IMG/VR virus record: IMGVR_UViG_3300035498_000179 | Coordinates: 4,941-68,940 of that record | Strand: one strand, 5' to 3' | Source: a virus | Taxonomy: Duplodnaviria > Caudoviricetes | Length of the DNA stretch: 64,000 bases | Shown: piece by piece, positions 40,746 through 53,793 of the stretch | Numbering within the stretch: the first letter of the stretch is position 1 | Layout of the letters: the number at the start of each line of letters is the position of its first letter | The notes under the pieces: model-generated | Database searches by the model: none | What the model saw: the letters and a program-made list of their open reading frames with translations, nothing else | Told to the model about the DNA's origin: nothing | Made by a program: the position numbers and the translations under genes

Positions 40746-41747
40746 ATGTTTACAAGAGTTGATACCGTGTTAATCGGTGAAAAGTGTCCTACTAGCTACT
40801 CTACTGTAGATGCTCTGTCTAAGGGTGATGTAGCTTTGTTCGACGAAAATAAGAGTTTGATTAAGACCGCTGCAGCAGCAGTTGACGCTACCACTATTTA
40901 TATTGGTGTAGCTCAGGATAACGCAACTATTACGTTGCCGGATGGTACTACTGCTACGAAGCGCGTAATCGAATTCTCTAACGCAATTCAGAAGGGTTCC
41001 AAGCCGTCTTATGTACAGGGTGATTATGTTGCCCCTGTTCAGGATAAGATCGAAATTGACCTGACTTCTGTTAAGCCGGTTATCGGTAATAGATACGTTT
41101 TGCGTATTGTTTATAAGGATATCTATGAAGCTCCGGGTCAGTTCACTCATACCTACGAGGTATATGCTACTAGCGAAACTGCTGATGATCTGGGTAACGC
41201 TTTGTTGAAGAAGATTAATGCTCACAAGAACCGTCGTATCACCGCTACTTTTGCATCTCACAAGCTGACGCTGACTGCAATGGAAAAGGATGATAACGAG
41301 GATATCGATTCTTTGGTTGAGTATAGTGTAGTAGCTATGGAAGCATCTTTCTATGTAACTACTCCTTCAGCTCTGCTGAACAACTTCCCCGAATCAGTTG
41401 CTGGTGCAGTTATCACTCGTACTCAGGGTGAAGCTGGTAAGGGCTACTGGAAGCAGGTACGTGATGCTGAGTTGCGTGCTATGGGTTATAAGGGTCATGT
41501 ATTCACCGGTGCTTATCCTACTATCGAGCAGGATCGTAAGGTTACCAAGGGTGCTACTTATGACTACTTCACTATCCACAACGATAACCTGTATCTGAGT
41601 CCTGACAATCAGTATGTTAAGGCTACTCCGTTGACTACTGAATTGTACATCAAGCACGCTACTACAAATGCTACTTCAGTATTTGCTAAGGCTCTGGATG
41701 CATTCGTTACAGGTGCAGCAGCAACTGCTTCTAGCACTGCAGCATAA
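40746..41747 (+). CDS. Abundant virion protein, probable auxiliary capsid protein
   Basis: 333 aa, MCP-like codon bias, no TAG, followed by a terminator. Confidence 0.65.
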   Translation: MFTRVDTVLIGEKCPTSYSTVDALSKGDVALFDENKSLIKTAAAAVDATTIYIGVAQDNATITLPDGTTATKRVIEFSNAIQKGSKPSYVQGDYVAPVQDKIEIDLTSVKPVIGNRYVLRIVYKDIYEAPGQFTHTYEVYATSETADDLGNALLKKINAHKNRRITATFASHKLTLTAMEKDDNEDIDSLVEYSVVAMEASFYVTTPSALLNNFPESVAGAVITRTQGEAGKGYWKQVRDAELRAMGYKGHVFTGAYPTIEQDRKVTKGATYDYFTIHNDNLYLSPDNQYVKATPLTTELYIKHATTNATSVFAKALDAFVTGAAATASSTAA

Positions 41748-41770
41748 TTAACGGTTTCTTTATTAAACCC

Positions 41771-41808
41771 AAGCGAGGTTTGAGGTTGATCCTCGGCCTC
41801 GCTTTTTT
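41771..41808 (+). terminator. Rho-independent terminator
   Basis: GCGAGG...GAGG-TTGAT-CCTC...CCTCGC followed by TTTTTT. Confidence 0.75.
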
Positions 41809-41821
41809 AGTTTATACTCAC

Positions 41822-42337
41822 ATGGAAATTAAAAGCGTCAAATTAGAAAATGATATTCTGACGTTATCTGTTGACGGTACTGTTAGTAAGGTATACATAG
41901 ACAGCATTGATAACAGATCTAACGTCTATAGCGATGACGATTCCGTTCACACTTATACTGCAGAGTTTGAAGATGTTGAACCGGATGGTATGATTATCGA
42001 TTTATCCAAGTACAATCTTACCGCTGTAATAGTACGTATCGAAGACCAAGTAGTACTAGCTGTGGATTTGGTCAACTTATACCAGCGTAAGATCAATATG
42101 CTTGAAACATTCTGTGAAACCTGCTTGGATGGTGTGCAGAAACAAAAGATTGTGCTCTGTGCATTTAAATCACAGTTATTTGAATATGCATATGAGAACA
42201 ATTTGATGGATGATGCAATTCAGTTCTACGTAGATTTATGTCGTTTACTCGAGATCCCTACTGCGCATGTATGCGGTACCTACAGTAAACGCACTACTAG
42301 ATGCAGTACTTGCACAGGTAATTACTGTAGACTATGA
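41822..42337 (+). CDS. Structural-region protein with Cys-rich C-terminus
   Basis: Likely start MEIKSVKLEND; contains CETC and RCSTCTGNYCRL. Confidence 0.7.
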   Translation: MEIKSVKLENDILTLSVDGTVSKVYIDSIDNRSNVYSDDDSVHTYTAEFEDVEPDGMIIDLSKYNLTAVIVRIEDQVVLAVDLVNLYQRKINMLETFCETCLDGVQKQKIVLCAFKSQLFEYAYENNLMDDAIQFYVDLCRLLEIPTAHVCGTYSKRTTRCSTCTGNYCRL

Positions 42338-42531
42338 TTGTACAGAATTATGAAATATGTAAGTCTGTGAATGATTATCTACGTTACAGTAGTGTTATCA
42401 ATTTAGACCAGATTTACAATCTTACATGCGCAAACTACATCAAAACATTAAAGAACCACAAATACAGCGGTTGGTTGAGTATCGCTCAACGCGCGAAATT
42501 AAACAGTCTGATCAACCAATTAATTAAGTAA
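42334..42531 (+). CDS. Small structural-region protein
   Basis: 65 aa, coupled start and stop. Confidence 0.6.
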   Translation: MIVQNYEICKSVNDYLRYSSVINLDQIYNLTCANYIKTLKNHKYSGWLSIAQRAKLNSLINQLIK

Positions 42532-42532
42532 T

Positions 42533-45500
42533 ATGGCAGCTTATAAGAATAATTAGTATACTTCCATACCAGATTGGTTTGCTACGCCTGGTAATAAGGG
42601 GACCACCACTAGTTCTACTACTTCCAGTAGTAGTTCTGGCGGTGGTACATCTGTATATTACAGCAGCAGTGGTAGTGGTAGCAGCATAGATATACTAACT
42701 ACTAGTAGTACAACATCACCATCTGATACGAATGTATTTTCAGCACTCAGGACACGTAAAGACTTCTTGCGCAAGGACGCGCAGGATGAAACCAAATACT
42801 TACTGCGATTACTTGGAGGCTTGATAACTAATGAGATAAAGTCTACCAACTTGACAGAAGGTACTTTTGGTACAGGTTATCTGTTGTCATCTAATCGTAA
42901 CAACGGTAAGTCATACTTGGAAGTAGACGAATTATTCGTTAGAGTAAAAGCTTTATTTAATGAACTGGAAATTCGTAAGCTTTCGTATACTGGTGGCACA
43001 ATTATACTCGGTCCTGCAGGTGCTACATGTAAAGCAGTAGAAGAACTCCGTGATGATTCTGGTACACTGACAGGCTGGCGTTGTTATATCAATACCGTAT
43101 AGGAAAGCGACCACGATGGTACTACAGAAAAGGTAGACAACGAATTCCGTGTTAATGACCAAGTACAGTGTCGTACATTCAATGTAAAAGAAGGTACTAC
43201 CACTAATGCATCTAATAAATACTATTGGCGTTTGTGTACTGCCGTTGGTGAAGACTATATAGACTTGGATGCTTTCGACTGTGATTCCGCTTATAGCAAC
43301 GATGTACCTGAAGTAGGCGACGCAATGGTTACAGTAGGTAACCGTACTGAAGCAGATAGACAAGCAGTAATAATACAGTCTACTGTCGAAACTATGTCTC
43401 CTACTATTACATTGTATGCTGGTATTGACGACTATTCTTATGCAGATAAGAACTACATAAGTATGGGTGTCGATCATCAGACATGGAAAGGTTACTTAAA
43501 CGTATACGGTGATACTTACATTGGTGATAGAGAACACACCAGCTATATGAAGTATACGCCAGAAGAAGGTTTATCTGTCAAGGGTAATATCTCTGCAGCT
43601 TCTACACTGGAAAATAGTGACGGTTCACAACAGACTATTTCTGATGCATTAAATGAGCTGTCCAACCAATTCAATGAGAACCTGTCTGCATACGATACAG
43701 CATTGCGTAAAGATATTGACATACTGCAGAATCAGGTAGATGGGGCCATTGAGACTTGGTTCTACGACGATGAACCTACACTGGAAAACCTACCGGCTGC
43801 TAACTGGGTTGACGACGACGCAAAGAACATACACCTTGGTGACTTATACTACTCTGCGCAAGGGTATGCGTACAGATTTCAATTAACTGACGGGGTATAC
43901 AATTGGGTACAGATATAGGACAACGATATAGTAAAAGCATTAACTGCCGCTAAACAAGCCCAAGATACAGCTGATGGTAAACGTAAAAGCTTTTATTACC
44001 CCACTAAAGACTCAGACGCACACCCTAAAGATTCAGATTCATACGATGTAGGTGATACTTGGTTGTGTGCATACTGGGTTGAAGGTGATCAGGTTGTCTA
44101 TAACGATGATCTGCTTGTCTGTGTTACAGGTAAAGAAGCTGGTCAATTATTTAGTATAAAGCATTGGACACTTGCATCAAAGTATACCGACAATAGTGCG
44201 CTTGAAGCCTTTAAAGAAGTATACGCGGAGAATATCAAAGAGATTCAATCCCAAGTGGACGGTAAAGCTGAAACTTGGTATCAATCTACAGACCCGTCGA
44301 AGTCTTGGACTACCGATGAAGACAAAGCCTTACACAAAGGTGATTTGTGGTATAACAGTGATTCCAATAGTAAGGACTACGGCAAGACATTCTACTGGAC
44401 TGGTACTGAATGGGATTATCAAAGCGTGCCTAAAGAAGTATTTGATACAATTGACGGTAAGGCAGCTATATATGTAAATCAGCCGTCAAGCTATAATGCA
44501 AATGATCTGTGGATACTTAATGAAGGTGAAACCTGTGGTAATTACAGTACTGGCGACTTATTAGTAGCTCTAATAAGTAACACTACTTTCAACGAAAAAG
44601 ACTGGACCAAGAAAGTTAAATATACGGATGATACTCTTGCTAGTCGAGCTAGAGAGTTAGCCCAGTCAGCCCAGAGTAAACTAAACAATCTTGCTTCTGG
44701 CTTAGTCAATGTGTATCAGATAACAGACGCCGCTATAGCTGACGGTGAAGTAGATGCTGACGAAATTGAAGCTATTACTGCAGCTATGACCTATTTAGCA
44801 CAATTGAAGACTGATGCTGATGACGCCGTAGATGATGTTAAAACACAGACTATTGTTGCCAATCAAGAGACAACCACTAGCACAGATTTAGCTGTAGCTA
44901 AAGCTACACTCATTAAAGCATAGGCTGCATTAGACGATGCATATACAGCTTTGTATGGTTTATTAGATAAGATAAGTACTGATAAAAGTGTTGATAGCTC
45001 TACAGCAGCTACACTTCGTTCTTATTATAAGACATTTAATACTAAGTATAGCGACTTATCCAAAGCTATTACATACATCAATAATGTAATAATGGATATA
45101 CTCAATACTAAGATAACTAGCTATGCTGAGAGTATATCCTATCTGACCAAGGCGATTACCAATGAAACTACTGAAATCAGCGGTGGTTTAATTCAAACTG
45201 CAGCATTAATACTCGGTTATCACGATACTGGTAACAACTTCGTGCCAATGGCTGGTAGCAACGGTATGTATGAAAATGATACCACTATTGCATCTTGGTG
45301 GGGTGGTAACTGTAAGGACAAAAAGACTAGTAAAGACTCCGACGCAGCTAAGGCATTGATTCGTATGGATGGATCTGGTTACTTAGCTAACAACAACATT
45401 CAGTGGAATGCCGACGGTGACCTCACCGCAACATTCAATGGTATTGTACTCGGTGATGTAGACATGGGTCCGTTATTCAGTGCATTTAAGGTTATAACAA

Positions 45501-48500
45501 ACGGGAACAGTAAGTACGTTGAGCCTACTATCCCGTTTACCAACATCGAATCAACTGACTATATCATAATAGGTAATGCTAAGATACAATGGCAAACAGA
45601 CGATACATCTGAGGATGGTTCTGGTTACCTGCGCATATATCACAAAGATGAAACACCCAGCGAAGCATCAGCTGCGATACATCTCCTTACTACAGGTGAT
45701 GTTGTGGCAAGCGCGACTACTTCTACTACTGTAGGTAGTGGCAGCGGTGGTGCAAAAGCTTTATACGACTTAGTAGATACTGCAATTACATCTGCTACAG
45801 ATGGTAACGTCCTTATATATAACGGCACTCATTGGGTAAATAAGCCACAATCTGACATAGTACCAGACCTAAGTGATTATGCAACAAAAGACTATGTCGC
45901 TGGGCAAGGCTACATTACAGATATTAGCAGTAAAGCTGACAAGGCTACAACATTGCAAGGGTATGGTATCACAGATGGTGTTAATATCGTAACTGTTACC
46001 GGCGATGGCAACGCTGTTACTACCGCCACGATTAGTAACCATACGCTGACGTTAACAAAAGGTACTAAATTTTTAACAAGCCATCAAGACATTAGTGGCA
46101 AAGCAGATAAAGCAACTACACTTTCCGGCTACGGTATCACCGACGCATACACATCGTTAACCGTAGATTCGTTACTTGCGAAGTATTTACCACTTACAGG
46201 TGGTACGTTAACAGGTACGCTTACAAGCAAAGCGATTGCACCGTCGTCCGATAACACATACACACTCGGTACCACTAGTGCAAAATGGAGTAACGTCTAT
46301 GCTACCACGTTTACCGGCAACTTATCAGGTAACGCTACAACAGCAACAACTGCTACTACAGCAAGTCAAGTGTATAAAAGTCTTACAGGTACTAATTCGG
46401 CTGACCTCATTTTAGCAACAATGGCTGATAATGATGGATTTCGCCTACGTATAGGCGGTACGGCTAGCGACGCCGGTTTTGTTGAGCTTGCTACATCTGA
46501 TAATGCATCCGAACCGATATATGTTAGACAATATAGCGGTACATTCACAACAGGTACTGTAAAACGAACATTAGCACTATTAGACAGCAGCGGCAATACA
46601 TCGGTACCAGGTAATCTGACAGTTGGTGGTACATTCGTATCTACGGGATTAGCAACTCTTTCATCTGGTGTCAAAGTACCGTCTAGTAAATCTATAGTGA
46701 TCGGTGATGCGACGATCAGTTGGGATTCTGACGCCGGAGCATTAAAATTTGACACACCTATTTATTCTACAGGTGATGTGACAGCTGGAGGTACTAGTGA
46801 TAGTTCAACTTCGTCTGATGTTGGATCCAATACATTGGCAGATTTACTTGACACGACGATAACATCAGCTGTTTCAGGTGATGTACTGGTGTATGATGGA
46901 ACGCACTGGATAAATAAAGAACAAACTGATATTGTTCCAGATTTAACTGGATATGCTACAGAAACATGGGTAACAAATAAAAAGTATCTTACAGCAAGTG
47001 ATGTAACAGGTAAAGTGGATACTGTAGCTACAAGTGGGAGTGGCAATGCTGTCACATCTGCTTCTATTAGTGGCAGCACATTAACATTAAAGAAAGAATC
47101 TACATTCTCTTTAAGTGGACATACACATGGGTATGTGTCTACTGTTAAAGTAGGGGATACTTCATATACTGCATCAAACAATATAGTAACCTTGCCTGCA
47201 TATCCTACAAGTATGGCTTGGTCGGCTATTACTGATAAACCGAGTACTTATACGCCAAGTAGCCATACGCACACCAAGAGTCAGATTACGGATTTCCCTA
47301 CCACTTGGGCATGGGATAGTATAACAGGAAAGCCGAGTACTTACAGCCCTAGTAGCCATACTCATAGTTACGCCTCTTCTGTAACTGTAGGCACTACTAA
47401 ATATAGTGTGTCTGATAATAATATTACTATTCCTGCTTATCCAAGTAGTATGGCATGGAGTGCTATTACAGGGAAACCTTCTACATATACTCCAAGCTCA
47501 CATACTCACGCAATTACTGATATTGCAAGTTTGAAGAGCTTAAAAGTAGCAACGGCTGCCACAAATACAGGGTGGACAGGTAATACTACAGATGACTACA
47601 TACTGCCAACCATGTCATTTATGGCATTTTGGAATGGCGCATATAATTCATCTGGCACATCTAATTTAGCTTATTGTAACAAGGGCGCATTTGGTACGAT
47701 TGTAACCAAATCGACATCTGATTATCTAGCAAGTACTACTACTTACGCTGGATCATCCAGCGTTGGTGGATCCGCCACAAGTGCGGTAAAACTGGATTCC
47801 TCTGCAGGTTCAACTACATTGCCGGTGTATTTCAGCGGTGGTAAACCTGTTGCAATAAATACTACAGGTGTTGGCATATCGATTACCGGTTCATCTGCAT
47901 CTTGTACAGGCAATGCGGATACTGCAACAACTTTGAAAAATTCTCGTACTATATGGGGTTAGTCATTTAATGGCAGCGCGAATGTCAGTGGTGCATTATC
48001 TGGGGCAACTACAGGTTCTTTTAGTAGCGATGTAACTGTAGGTGGTTCACTAACTGTATCAGGATCAGCCACTATAAAAAATTCAGCTTATCAAGTATTG
48101 ACGTTGCTTCGAAGTACGACTGGCAATTATGGTTCTGCGATTAGATTTAAGAACGCAGATGGTAAAATTGCGGACTTAGGTTTTGCGTTTGGTGATGATA
48201 CAGATTCTTATTTTGCAATGGACATTACAGGCAACGATGATGTATTTAAAGTCACTGCTACAGGTAATGTTATAGCTGCAGGCGATGTTACAGCTACATC
48301 AGATATGCGTTATAAGGAAGTAATATCAGATGTAATAATTGATCCAGCAAAAATATCAAACGCGCCATTATTTGTGTTTAAGTGGAAAGATAAGACTGAT
48401 ACTGCCACACACATCGGTACATCTGCGCAATATTGGAAAGAGGTGTTACCTGAATTAGTAGTGGGTGACGACAAATTATCACTCAATTATGCCACGCTTG

Positions 48501-48622
48501 GTACAACAATCGGCATCGTAAATTCTAAACGAATTGATGAGTTGGAGAAGGAGAATAGAGAGTTAAAGGCTACACTCAATAAGGTTATTAACATATTGAA
48601 TACATTAGGTTATGAGTTATAA
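42533..48622 (+). CDS. Giant tail fibre/spike, code 15 (5 TAG), 2029 aa, with a C-terminal S74-type intramolecular chaperone
   Basis: Five track ORFs in one frame joined at TAG 42554, 43100, 43916, 44921 and 47960 (RTIWG[Q]SFNGSANVSG). Contains HTH metal-binding fibre repeats and a C-terminal TSDMRYK...G..AQ...LPELV...LNY motif. Confidence 0.85.
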
Positions 48623-49841
48623 TAAAGACACCGCATTAATAACAGCACCTGTTGCTATGTCGGATGTACAAAATGCATTGGGTATTAGTACAAAGACGCT
48701 TAGCGGTCTATGTACTAGTGCGAATATAAACAAGTGGTCTAAGTGTAAACCGATAAGATCTGACGAAAAATCACAGCTTAGTTCTTTTGCTGGTTCAGAC
48801 ACACAGTGGGGACTTACGATACCAACTATAAATCCACCATACGGTTTAGTATCGGGTTATAGCGATTCCAATTGGGAATATAATAAACCGAGAGGTGTAA
48901 AAGATGACGTCGTTGAGTATTACCGATTATTAGATTTTGATGGTTATTATCATGCTGCTGTACCGCCTGTTAAAAGTGGTCACGCCAAAGGTACTATCAT
49001 AAGTGTTAATGCATATGATACACCTTCTGTGAGATATTAGATAAACACTGATGTGACAGATGATGAACACAATTTGCAACTTTCAGACTTTACAGAAGAT
49101 CTCAGTAAAACAAAATTGGCGGTTGCTGTATTTTATTCTGGTACAAAAGATGAAGGTGATTCTGCAGTTGGTAGTTATGTTGAAACTGTATATGACGAAG
49201 ATGGTTATGTAGGTGACGGCTACTATTCAGTATGGATAAATCTACCAGCTGTACCTGATGCTGATTTTGCCATATGCGATGATTTGGCATATTACACGCA
49301 AGTGATACCTTACTTGGTAAATACCAATAAAGCGATATGTTATCCTTTGCCATATGATGATGATAATTACTGGTTAACCACATATAAAGCTGAATACCAA
49401 TCCAAAATAAGTGGTGGTGTTTATGAAATTTCTTACGATGGTATTACATGGATGCCAAAAAACGCAGTAAATACTAAACCGACTAATTGGGATGGCACTG
49501 TATATCTGTGGTTAACTTTTGGTAATAAAGATGGTGGTAACTTTACATTATATCCTTATAAAGGTGGAGGTACTTTCCAAGTGCTAGTAGGCACAAATGA
49601 TGGTGGCATTACAAGTACTAAATATGTAACACCAACAATTATTGACGGACTTGATAAAAAAAACGAGTTAAGCTGTGTAAGTGTTCCAAATGGTGCAACG
49701 ACTAGTGTATATCTTAAAGTACCTAAACTATTCAGTACTTATGGGGCTACAGCAAATGGCAGAGGTGGTACTGGATGGTTATATTTATCATGGAACTCCG
49801 GAAAGAATTTTATCACACAATCTGAAGATACATATATTTGA
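48612..49841 (+). CDS. Tail-associated protein (1 TAG at 49038)
   Basis: Two ORFs in frame; ANINKWSKCKP...YYRLLDFDGY motif typical of Bacteroidota phage fibre-associated proteins (recalled). Confidence 0.7.
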
Positions 49842-49842
49842 T

Positions 49843-50151
49843 ATGGAAAACAATACACTAATAATTACTACTACAAGCACTGTAAAGAATTTTGAGTATA
49901 CTGGTACTAATTACACGTTCAAAGGCAGTGCTACTATAGATGACGAGGACTCCGACAACGCAAGTTATACTATAACAGCATATGTATACGATATAGATAG
50001 CGGTATCTATATAGGTACTATAACAAAATCAACAGTAAGTACATCGGTATCGGTTGACTTAGAATCATATATGGATAAACTGAGTGATATAAGTAATGAG
50101 TATAATGCTTTATTAATAGCACTTGGTGTAAAATCTGACACAGATGAATAA
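49843..50151 (+). CDS. Small hypothetical protein (likely start MENNTLII)
   Basis: ATG 2 nt after the upstream TGA. Confidence 0.6.
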   Translation: MENNTLIITTTSTVKNFEYTGTNYTFKGSATIDDEDSDNASYTITAYVYDIDSGIYIGTITKSTVSTSVSVDLESYMDKLSDISNEYNALLIALGVKSDTDE

Positions 50152-50608
50152 GACTAGACAAGAATTAATAGATGCACTGAAACAGAGTTTCCATGTACAG
50201 GAATTGGTCTGTTCACATTGTTATAATAAATTTGGTGAAGCCTCTTGGCAGTTCCTTAGTACGGAACTATTGAGTACACTTTACACTTTACGATTTGAAG
50301 TACTCAAAGTACCTATGACAATAAACACTTGGCACAATAACGGTCAGTTCTCACAACGTGGACTCCGTTGTAACATGTGTTCATTGGTAAAACAAAAGAG
50401 TTCAATCTATATGTCAGCTCACTGTCTTGGTAAGGCTATAGACTTTAACGCTAAAGATCAATCAGCTGAAGAGACACGCAAGATCATCAAAGCAAATATT
50501 GATAAGTTTGAATACCCGATCAGATTAGAAAAGGATGTTACTTGGGTTCACATAGACGTTATGCAACCTAATGGCTCTACAGCTAATCTAGTTGAATTTA
50601 ACGGTTAA
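50144..50608 (+). CDS. Endolysin, peptidase M15 family
   Basis: QRGLRCN...SAHCLGKAIDF...WVHID Zn-binding motifs; no TAG. Confidence 0.85.
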   Translation: MNKTRQELIDALKQSFHVQELVCSHCYNKFGEASWQFLSTELLSTLYTLRFEVLKVPMTINTWHNNGQFSQRGLRCNMCSLVKQKSSIYMSAHCLGKAIDFNAKDQSAEETRKIIKANIDKFEYPIRLEKDVTWVHIDVMQPNGSTANLVEFNG

Positions 50609-50711
50609 TTAGCTCTCAAAGCTACAACTTATCACTAAAAAGGAGAAAGTCGCTCAGAACGGCTTAAAATGCGTCTGAGAGGCATTTATTCATAACATAT
50701 ACGTATATATA

Positions 50712-51794
50712 ATGATAACAAATAAAATACTTTTCTTAGCCACTAAAGAGCAGCCCAATCCAATTGAAGTCGACTACTGGATTGACCTGGTTGCCAACCC
50801 TTATGGGGGTATTATAAAGTACTTTAATGGTGAGGAATGGGTCACGTTGAATGTTGGTACTAAAGCGGAGTTATTTGACTATTACACCAAAGCTCAAGTA
50901 AATGAGCTCTTAAACAGTAAAGTGGATGACGATGCCGACAATAGACTAATTAGAACTGAAGACTTGGCTAAAACAGTCAGCAGTGTATCTACAGATAGTG
51001 CCAATACCGATACAGTAACACTCATAATACAGTCTTATACTGGAGATCAGACAACTGTACAACTACCTACGGCATCTACAGGTCAAGCTGGTATAATAAC
51101 AGCAACTGATTTTGCTGATTTTGTTAAGCAGCATCAGCTCAGCGAGCTACGTACTGAAGTAATCACAGGCTTAGCTAATGTACGTAGTGACATGCAGGGT
51201 AAACTTAAAGCTGGTAAGCACATCACTATAGCAGATGACAACACAATTAGTGCTACATTAGATGATGAACAGATCAGTTGGAGTTAGCTTAAAGACGCAC
51301 CTGATGTAGATAGCCTCACTAAAACTATAAACAGTAAAGTAGTGAAGGGTACGGAAACATCTAACACACCAACCGATTTACTAGTTGATTACAATGATGA
51401 TAATGCAATAAGTGTATATACTGCTGATCAAGTTGAAACTGCGATAGCTTACGAAAAAAGTCGGGCTATTAAAGCGGAAAAGTAGCTGCAAGATAACATA
51501 GATAATGAAGTAGCTCGAGCAACTATAAAGGAAAATCAGTTACAGGAAGATTTAAATACTGAAGTGGACGCTAGAACTGCATCTATATCTGAAGAGACTG
51601 CACGTGCTACAAAGATTGAAAACAACCTGCAACTACATATTTCACGTAACTTAAATGACCTCACTAAAAAAATAAACACAGTTGATGAAAAATTAATAGT
51701 AGATACTACTGCTGATGCTAATATAGAAGTGTACACTAAAGCACAGATAGATGCTATGTTCACACAACTGAAACAAAAAAATAATCTAATTTGA
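50712..51794 (+). CDS. Fibre/coiled-coil structural protein (2 TAG)
   Basis: ORFs 50712 and 51564 are in frame; contains E..RA...E repeats. Confidence 0.7.
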
Positions 51795-51801
51795 TTTTAA
51801 A

Positions 51802-53310
51802 ATGGCCATATTAAAATATAAAAATGATAGTGGTAACTACGTCGCGCTAACTAACTATGCTGTGCAACCAATTACTCCTGTATAGGCTACCGGATCGTCC
51901 ACAGTCAATATTATGTCACAAGCCGCAGTTACAGACGCTTTATCCACTAAGGTCGATAAAGTAAGCGGTAAGTCCTTGGTTGACGATTCGGCTATTACCA
52001 AATTAAACGCACTGCCTACTAACAATGAATTGTAGAATACAACTAATACTTTGCAAAACAACATAGATACATTGCAGGCGTATGTGGATGAACTGGTGAA
52101 TAGCAACGTCGATTATTATGGTGTAGCTTGGTATGATAGCGCCACTAGTCCAGATTTGACGCGTATTGGTAATATGACTATGCATAAAGAGTTACCGATA
52201 CAAAATATGATGCGTGGTTATATAGTTCGAAAGGTAAACGGCGAAGATAAGTTCTTCTTACTTAACGACGATTGGTCTGCATTAGCTTACGGTATTACTA
52301 GTAGCACAGATACTGAATTACTCGAAGATGACCAATTCTTTGTAAGTATACCGGAATTCTGGTACTTTTACTCTCATGACATTACTACAGGATATAACAA
52401 ATTGTTAATATGTGAACATGCTAAAGCTGGATGGAGGCATCGTGAATTAGACTATGTGTCTGCGTATGAAGGTTATATCCGTGACGGTGTATATGTGTCT
52501 ATCAGAGACGTAGTTCCTACAGTTTCGGTTACTAGAACTACTATCAGATCTGCAGTTAGATCTAATGGTAATGACGAGGAATATAATTGGAATATGTACT
52601 TATACAGACAACATAGAGCACTGTGTCATTTATTTATGGTAGAATATGCAACTAGAAATAGCTAGAAGGCTGTAAATAGTACGCTTACCGCAGAAGGTTT
52701 TAAACAGGGTGGTCTTGGTGCTGGTGCCACAACTGGTACCGTAACAATAAACGGGTCGACTAAATATTCTTATATTCCGACAGGTACAAGTGATGCTCTA
52801 GGAAATGGTAGTGGTATGGTTACTTACACAGTGACGTAGTCAGATTCTAGTGGAAATGAAACTACAGCAGTCACACGATATTGTAGTAGGTATAGAGGCG
52901 TCGAAAATCCTTTCGGGCATGTTTGGAAATATTGCGATGATGTAATCAGTAAATATTCTGACGGGTCTAGAAAATGGTATATGTGCACAGATCCTTCAAA
53001 ATTTTCCACAAGTCTAAATAGTTCATATAAACAATTCTGTGCATCAACGTGTGTTAGTGGTGGTTATAAGAAAACTTGTCGAGCTACAGAAGATTGTGAT
53101 TTCTTTGCAGAATCTGTTGGTGGCGGTGGAACTACATACTGGTGTGATTATAACTGGGATAACACAGCTACGGATGAACACTGTTTACTAGTCGGCGGTA
53201 GCGCCAATATTGGCGGCCAGGCGGGGCTCTTCTATTTGGATTCGTATGATGGGGTCTCGTATTCCAGTGCGGCTATCGGGTCTCGTATAACGTATTTACC
53301 GAATGCTTAA
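51802..53310 (+). CDS. DGR target protein with C-terminal CLec-fold variable domain, code 15 (4 TAG), 502 aa
   Basis: EYATRNS[Q]KAVN...YRGVENPFGHVWKY...LLVGG.AN.G..AGLF...IGSR. The variable repeat lies at the 3' end. Confidence 0.88.
53191..53282 (+). repeat. DGR variable repeat (VR)
   Basis: 92-nt match to 53491-53582 with 21 mismatches, all opposite template A. Confidence 0.95.
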
Positions 53311-53342
53311 TGCGCAAAATATTGTTAAACACAAACAATTTT

Positions 53343-53371
53343 AGCAACATTTTTAATCTTCTACGTTATAG
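53343..53371 (+). promoter_or_regulatory. ECF-type promoter AGCAAC-N15-CGTTATAG for the TR-RT unit
   Basis: Lies between the target-gene stop and the TR. Confidence 0.6.
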
Positions 53372-53490
53372 TATTTGTCTGGACGATTAATCTGTAACAA
53401 TACTCAGATAGGTGGTCTTTCCGAAAAGATATTCCGCGTTGCTCGTTTCATGTAACAAGTTGACCCGCAATAACAAATGATACCAAAAAA

Positions 53491-53582
53491 ATCAGCAGTA
53501 ACACCAATAATGGCAGCAAAGCAGGACTCTTCAATTTGAATTCGAATAATGAGGTCTCGAATTCCAATGCGAATATCAGGTC
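53491..53582 (+). repeat. DGR template repeat (TR)
   Basis: A-rich AAT/AAC codon copy of the VR. Flanked by complementary GGTCTTTCC (53414-53422) and GGAAAGAGACC (53678-53688). Confidence 0.95.
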
Positions 53583-53793
53583 AATGAAATTGAACATATA
53601 CAAAGTATTTCAACTATATCATATATTATCACAATTTTAATTTAGTCCGTAGCAGCTCTGATCAAACATCTATACGGGGAAAGAGACCTTACCACTTGGT
53701 AGAAGATTTCTCACCATACTTGAGCGGGGCTAGTAGGGAAACCGAACGTCCTGCTCAATTTCAGAACAAGATTATTAACTTAAATTTGATAGA

